A DNA stretch of 64,000 nucleotides, from contig CBDANF010000003.1 of NCBI GenBank assembly GCA_965197475.1, forward strand, positions 1,792,001 through 1,856,000, in the 5' to 3' direction. The stretch's first letter is position 1, and each line of letters begins with the position of its first letter. Made by a program: the position numbers and the translations under genes. Shown in pieces: positions 61,097 through 64,000 of this stretch. The stretch is from Candidatus Poribacteria bacterium (GTDB lineage Bacteria; Poribacteria; WGA-4E; WGA-3G). The notes beneath the pieces were generated by a model, which was not told where the DNA came from, did not search any database, and saw nothing but the letters and a program-made list of their open reading frames with translations.

Positions 61097-62068
61097 ATGT
61101 TTTTCCAAATCTATCGCTATCCTCAAATAGGTATTCTGTTAGCACTGGTTTTTTTGATATTAAGCGCGCCTCTACTCAGTAACGCGCGTGAATTAGAGCA
61201 CCCTGGTCAAAAACTGGCGGCTATTTTCCCAACAACCAAGAAATTTGTTCAACGAAACCCTGTCCTTACTCCAGATAAGATAGCCTCTATTGAGAAGGAA
61301 CTCGGAGTTAAGCTTCGGTCAGAAGACTTGGAACCGATTTTCTATATCCCGATTAGTGAGCAAAAGAAACCGCTTGGCTTAGTACTGTTCGTTGATCTGA
61401 AGGGACCACGTGGTCCTATTGACGGTGCTGTTGGACTCAACATGAAGGGTAAAGTGGTGAAAGTAACCATCTATGAGCACAAGGAATCGGATGCGATTGC
61501 ATCAGAGAAGTTTCTCAAGCAATTCATCGGTAAAGGAATAGACGATGCTATCAAGATAGGCAAGGATGTTGAGGCCGTTAAAGGGCATGAAGAGGCATCA
61601 AAAGCGGTCGCCTTGATCCCGAAAAAGACACTGGTCATGAGTTACGCGCTCTTCCTCAAGCGAAAGCCAAAGTCGGATGTGGAAAAGCAACCGACGGAAC
61701 CGCCCGAAGAGATGCCTGAAGTCGAGGACCTCAAGGAACTCATGATATTGATGGTAGATGCCTATTTTGAAATCGTTGATTACTTCGACACAGGTAAGGA
61801 GAAAGCAAAAGCTGTTGCCGCTGCCAAAAAACTCGCCACCTACGCAAAAGGGATCGCAAATTTTGAACCACCGAAGAACGCTGATCAGAAGGAAGAGTAT
61901 GCCGAGATGCAGGATAAGTTTAGCAAAACCCTTACAGAATTTGCTGAAGCACTTGATAAGAACGGAATTTCTGACGAGGCGCGTAAGCAGTGGGATGAGA
62001 TCGAAGCGTTAATAAAACAGGCACACATTCGATTTAGCGAAGAAGAGATTGACCTTGAGACGTATTAA
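61097..62068 (+). CDS. Exported FMN-bind-like domain + cytochrome b562-like helical domain
   Basis: KGPRGPI...FLKQFIGK...KDVEAV; C-terminal LKELM...IKQAHIRF helical bundle. Confidence 0.55.
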   Translation: MFFQIYRYPQIGILLALVFLILSAPLLSNARELEHPGQKLAAIFPTTKKFVQRNPVLTPDKIASIEKELGVKLRSEDLEPIFYIPISEQKKPLGLVLFVDLKGPRGPIDGAVGLNMKGKVVKVTIYEHKESDAIASEKFLKQFIGKGIDDAIKIGKDVEAVKGHEEASKAVALIPKKTLVMSYALFLKRKPKSDVEKQPTEPPEEMPEVEDLKELMILMVDAYFEIVDYFDTGKEKAKAVAAAKKLATYAKGIANFEPPKNADQKEEYAEMQDKFSKTLTEFAEALDKNGISDEARKQWDEIEALIKQAHIRFSEEEIDLETY

Positions 62069-62134
62069 AAGCTGTACTGAATAGGGCGGGTGTCAAAATC
62101 CGCCCTACATCCATTTCATAATAAGGAATTTATC

Positions 62135-63658
62135 ATGCGTAAAATTTTAGTGTTTGCTTAATGATTCTCTTTTGGAGTATGATCGCAGAGTCGTCTTTGC
62201 TCTACCAGCATTTTATAAAATGTTCCGTGCCAAATATAAGTGGACAGGCGGTTGTAACGTATGCCATTTCTCAAAAAAGGGTGGAGATTCACCTAACCCC
62301 TACGGCAGGGAATTCCTACACAACAGTATGAATTCGTCAACCTTTCTTCGAATCGCAGAGGCGGATTCTGATAAAGATGGGTTTAGCAACATCGCAGAAA
62401 TTATCGCCCATTCTTACCCAGGGGATGCTGCCAGTACGCCAGAAAATGTTGAGTCTCCAAACGATCCCTCTGAGTCAGATGACGCATTAGACCTTGACGC
62501 TGAGGACATTTTTAGTTTCGATGACGCGGACACAACAGAAGATACAGGCAGTTCAGAATTTCTTGGTGGCGCATTCGGAAACCTTGTATTTGGAGGCGCG
62601 TTGGATATCCGCCGCATCACTCATGGACAGGATTTGATACCCGATAGGCAAAATTGGGATACCGGCACTACGCTCATCCACGCCGCTGAATTTGTCGTGA
62701 CAACCAGTGTTGGTGACCATGTGAGTCTATTAGGTGAACAATTACTGACGACATCTCCGTTAGGAACGCAGGTGGCAGATGACCATGGGTTTGTTTACGC
62801 AATTCTGACAGGACTCCCAGTTTTACCAAAAGGTGCGTCTCTGAAAATTGGTCGGTTTCGACACGGTTTCGGCATTGATACCAAGTCGGACGCTGCGGCG
62901 AATCCGCTGTACAATCTGGTGCGAAAGAATATCGGTTTTATTTCTGACCGTGGATTTCAACTCAACGGTTTCGTTGGCCCCGTCTCATACACGTTATCGC
63001 TTGCGGATGGACCGGATTCACTCCGCACTGTCACAGAGGGAACGGTAACAACAGGTATCCGAATCGGACCACACGGCAGCGGCGGTGGTATTTTGAAACC
63101 GATTCAAAACAATAGCCCCCTCTGTTTCTGCATGTGAACAGCAACCTTCCTTTGTTCGGAAAGCGGATTTGGCTCGGCGGATCCTATTTTGATGGTAATA
63201 GTTATCCGTTTAATCCGATTAACGGTGATGTCAACCCATCAACGCTGATCTACAAATGCCGTGTTGGTCTTGCAACCAGTTTCAAGTTGTGGCATGTTGA
63301 TCTCGCTGCGGAATGGGTCCGTGGAAAAGATACACAACTCTTGAAATATCTACATATTCCGATACCAGCGAAAGACCGCAATGCAACGGTGGAGGGGTAT
63401 TATCTCCACGCGGAGTTACCTTTGACAGAAACTTTAGATGTTCGGTTAAAATATGATGTATGGAATCCGAATAGAGAGAAATTTAGCCCGTTTGCCTTTA
63501 ATCGGGAACAAGAAGAACCGGACTGGTCAACACTTGGTGGTGCGCTGACATGGCATTTTGCAGAAGGTGCTTTAGCACGGTTTGTTTACCAAATAAATAA
63601 CGTTGAAAAACCGACGCGAAGTGCAGCAATTGTTCCGCAGCTTTTAGTTGAATTTTGA
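62135..63658 (+). CDS. Monoheme cytochrome c-porin fusion, frameshifted at about 62150-62195 and about 63120
   Basis: ALPAF...CNVCH...PNPYGREF; DSDKDGFSN loop; beta-barrel strands; ends LLVEF; ATG 62135 with AAGGA. Confidence 0.65.
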
Positions 63659-63679
63659 TCGAAACTTGATCAGAATACA

Positions 63680-63708
63680 GCAAGTGCTAATTTTGAAATA
63701 GCACTTGC
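63680..63708 (+). terminator. Hairpin after the cytochrome-porin gene
   Basis: gcaagtgcta...tagcacttgc. Confidence 0.5.
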
Positions 63709-64000
63709 CAGAATTTACGAGATAGCTTAGTGTTGTGTAATAAGCAAGGGCGAGGAATAGTTTTTACCTCGCCCTGCTATAATTGACAATGCGTTGTATT
63801 GTTTAACGCAATAAGTCGTTTTGGGATTGGTTAAATTGAGTTTCACAATAAAATTCAGAATTTTAAAGCGGAATTAGTCATACATCGCTTAAATCCAATT
63901 CAGTTTTTCTATCCGTAATATCAAGTTCAAATACTCCGTTTCTTAACGCTTTCCTGATTTCATTAAGGAGTGGTTTCAAAGCTTTATCAGTAAGAGCATT

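Overview
Bacterial window that most resembles Candidatus Poribacteria. This is an inference from inositol catabolism genes, a BMC satellite locus, dockerin/LRR fragments, serpins and GTAG-type intergenic palindromes. Left to right: iolC-iolD; a scrambled 2.7-5.1 kb stretch that is probably mis-assembled; rlmB and radC; a partner-switching signalling cluster (3 STAS, USP, PAS kinase, REC, REC-PP2C, RsbW-like); rpsA with long acidic repeat tails; metK-ahcY-PfkB kinase; a fragmented ATPase-TOPRIM gene plus a STAS-like gene; lpdA; gltB. A long minus-strand block follows: giant acidic OM lipoprotein-ExbB-ExbD-ExbD, envelope genes, BMC-H/PduL/flavoprotein, TPR/phosphoesterase/peptidase/two serpins and msrP. 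Then a heavy-metal efflux locus (Cys-rich RGPP leader, tandem RNA-like repeats, YHS, two TolC, CusB, CusA), a beta-barrel, an FMN-bind-like/four-helix protein and a cytochrome-porin fusion. Several single-base frameshifts suggest long-read consensus error. Best leads: an RGPP arrest-peptide plus triple structured repeat ahead of the metal efflux operon, a Met-rich uORF coupled to metK, a structured gltB leader, the TonB-less ExbB/ExbD system and a Cyc2-like fusion. All calls come from reading motifs by eye; no searches were run.
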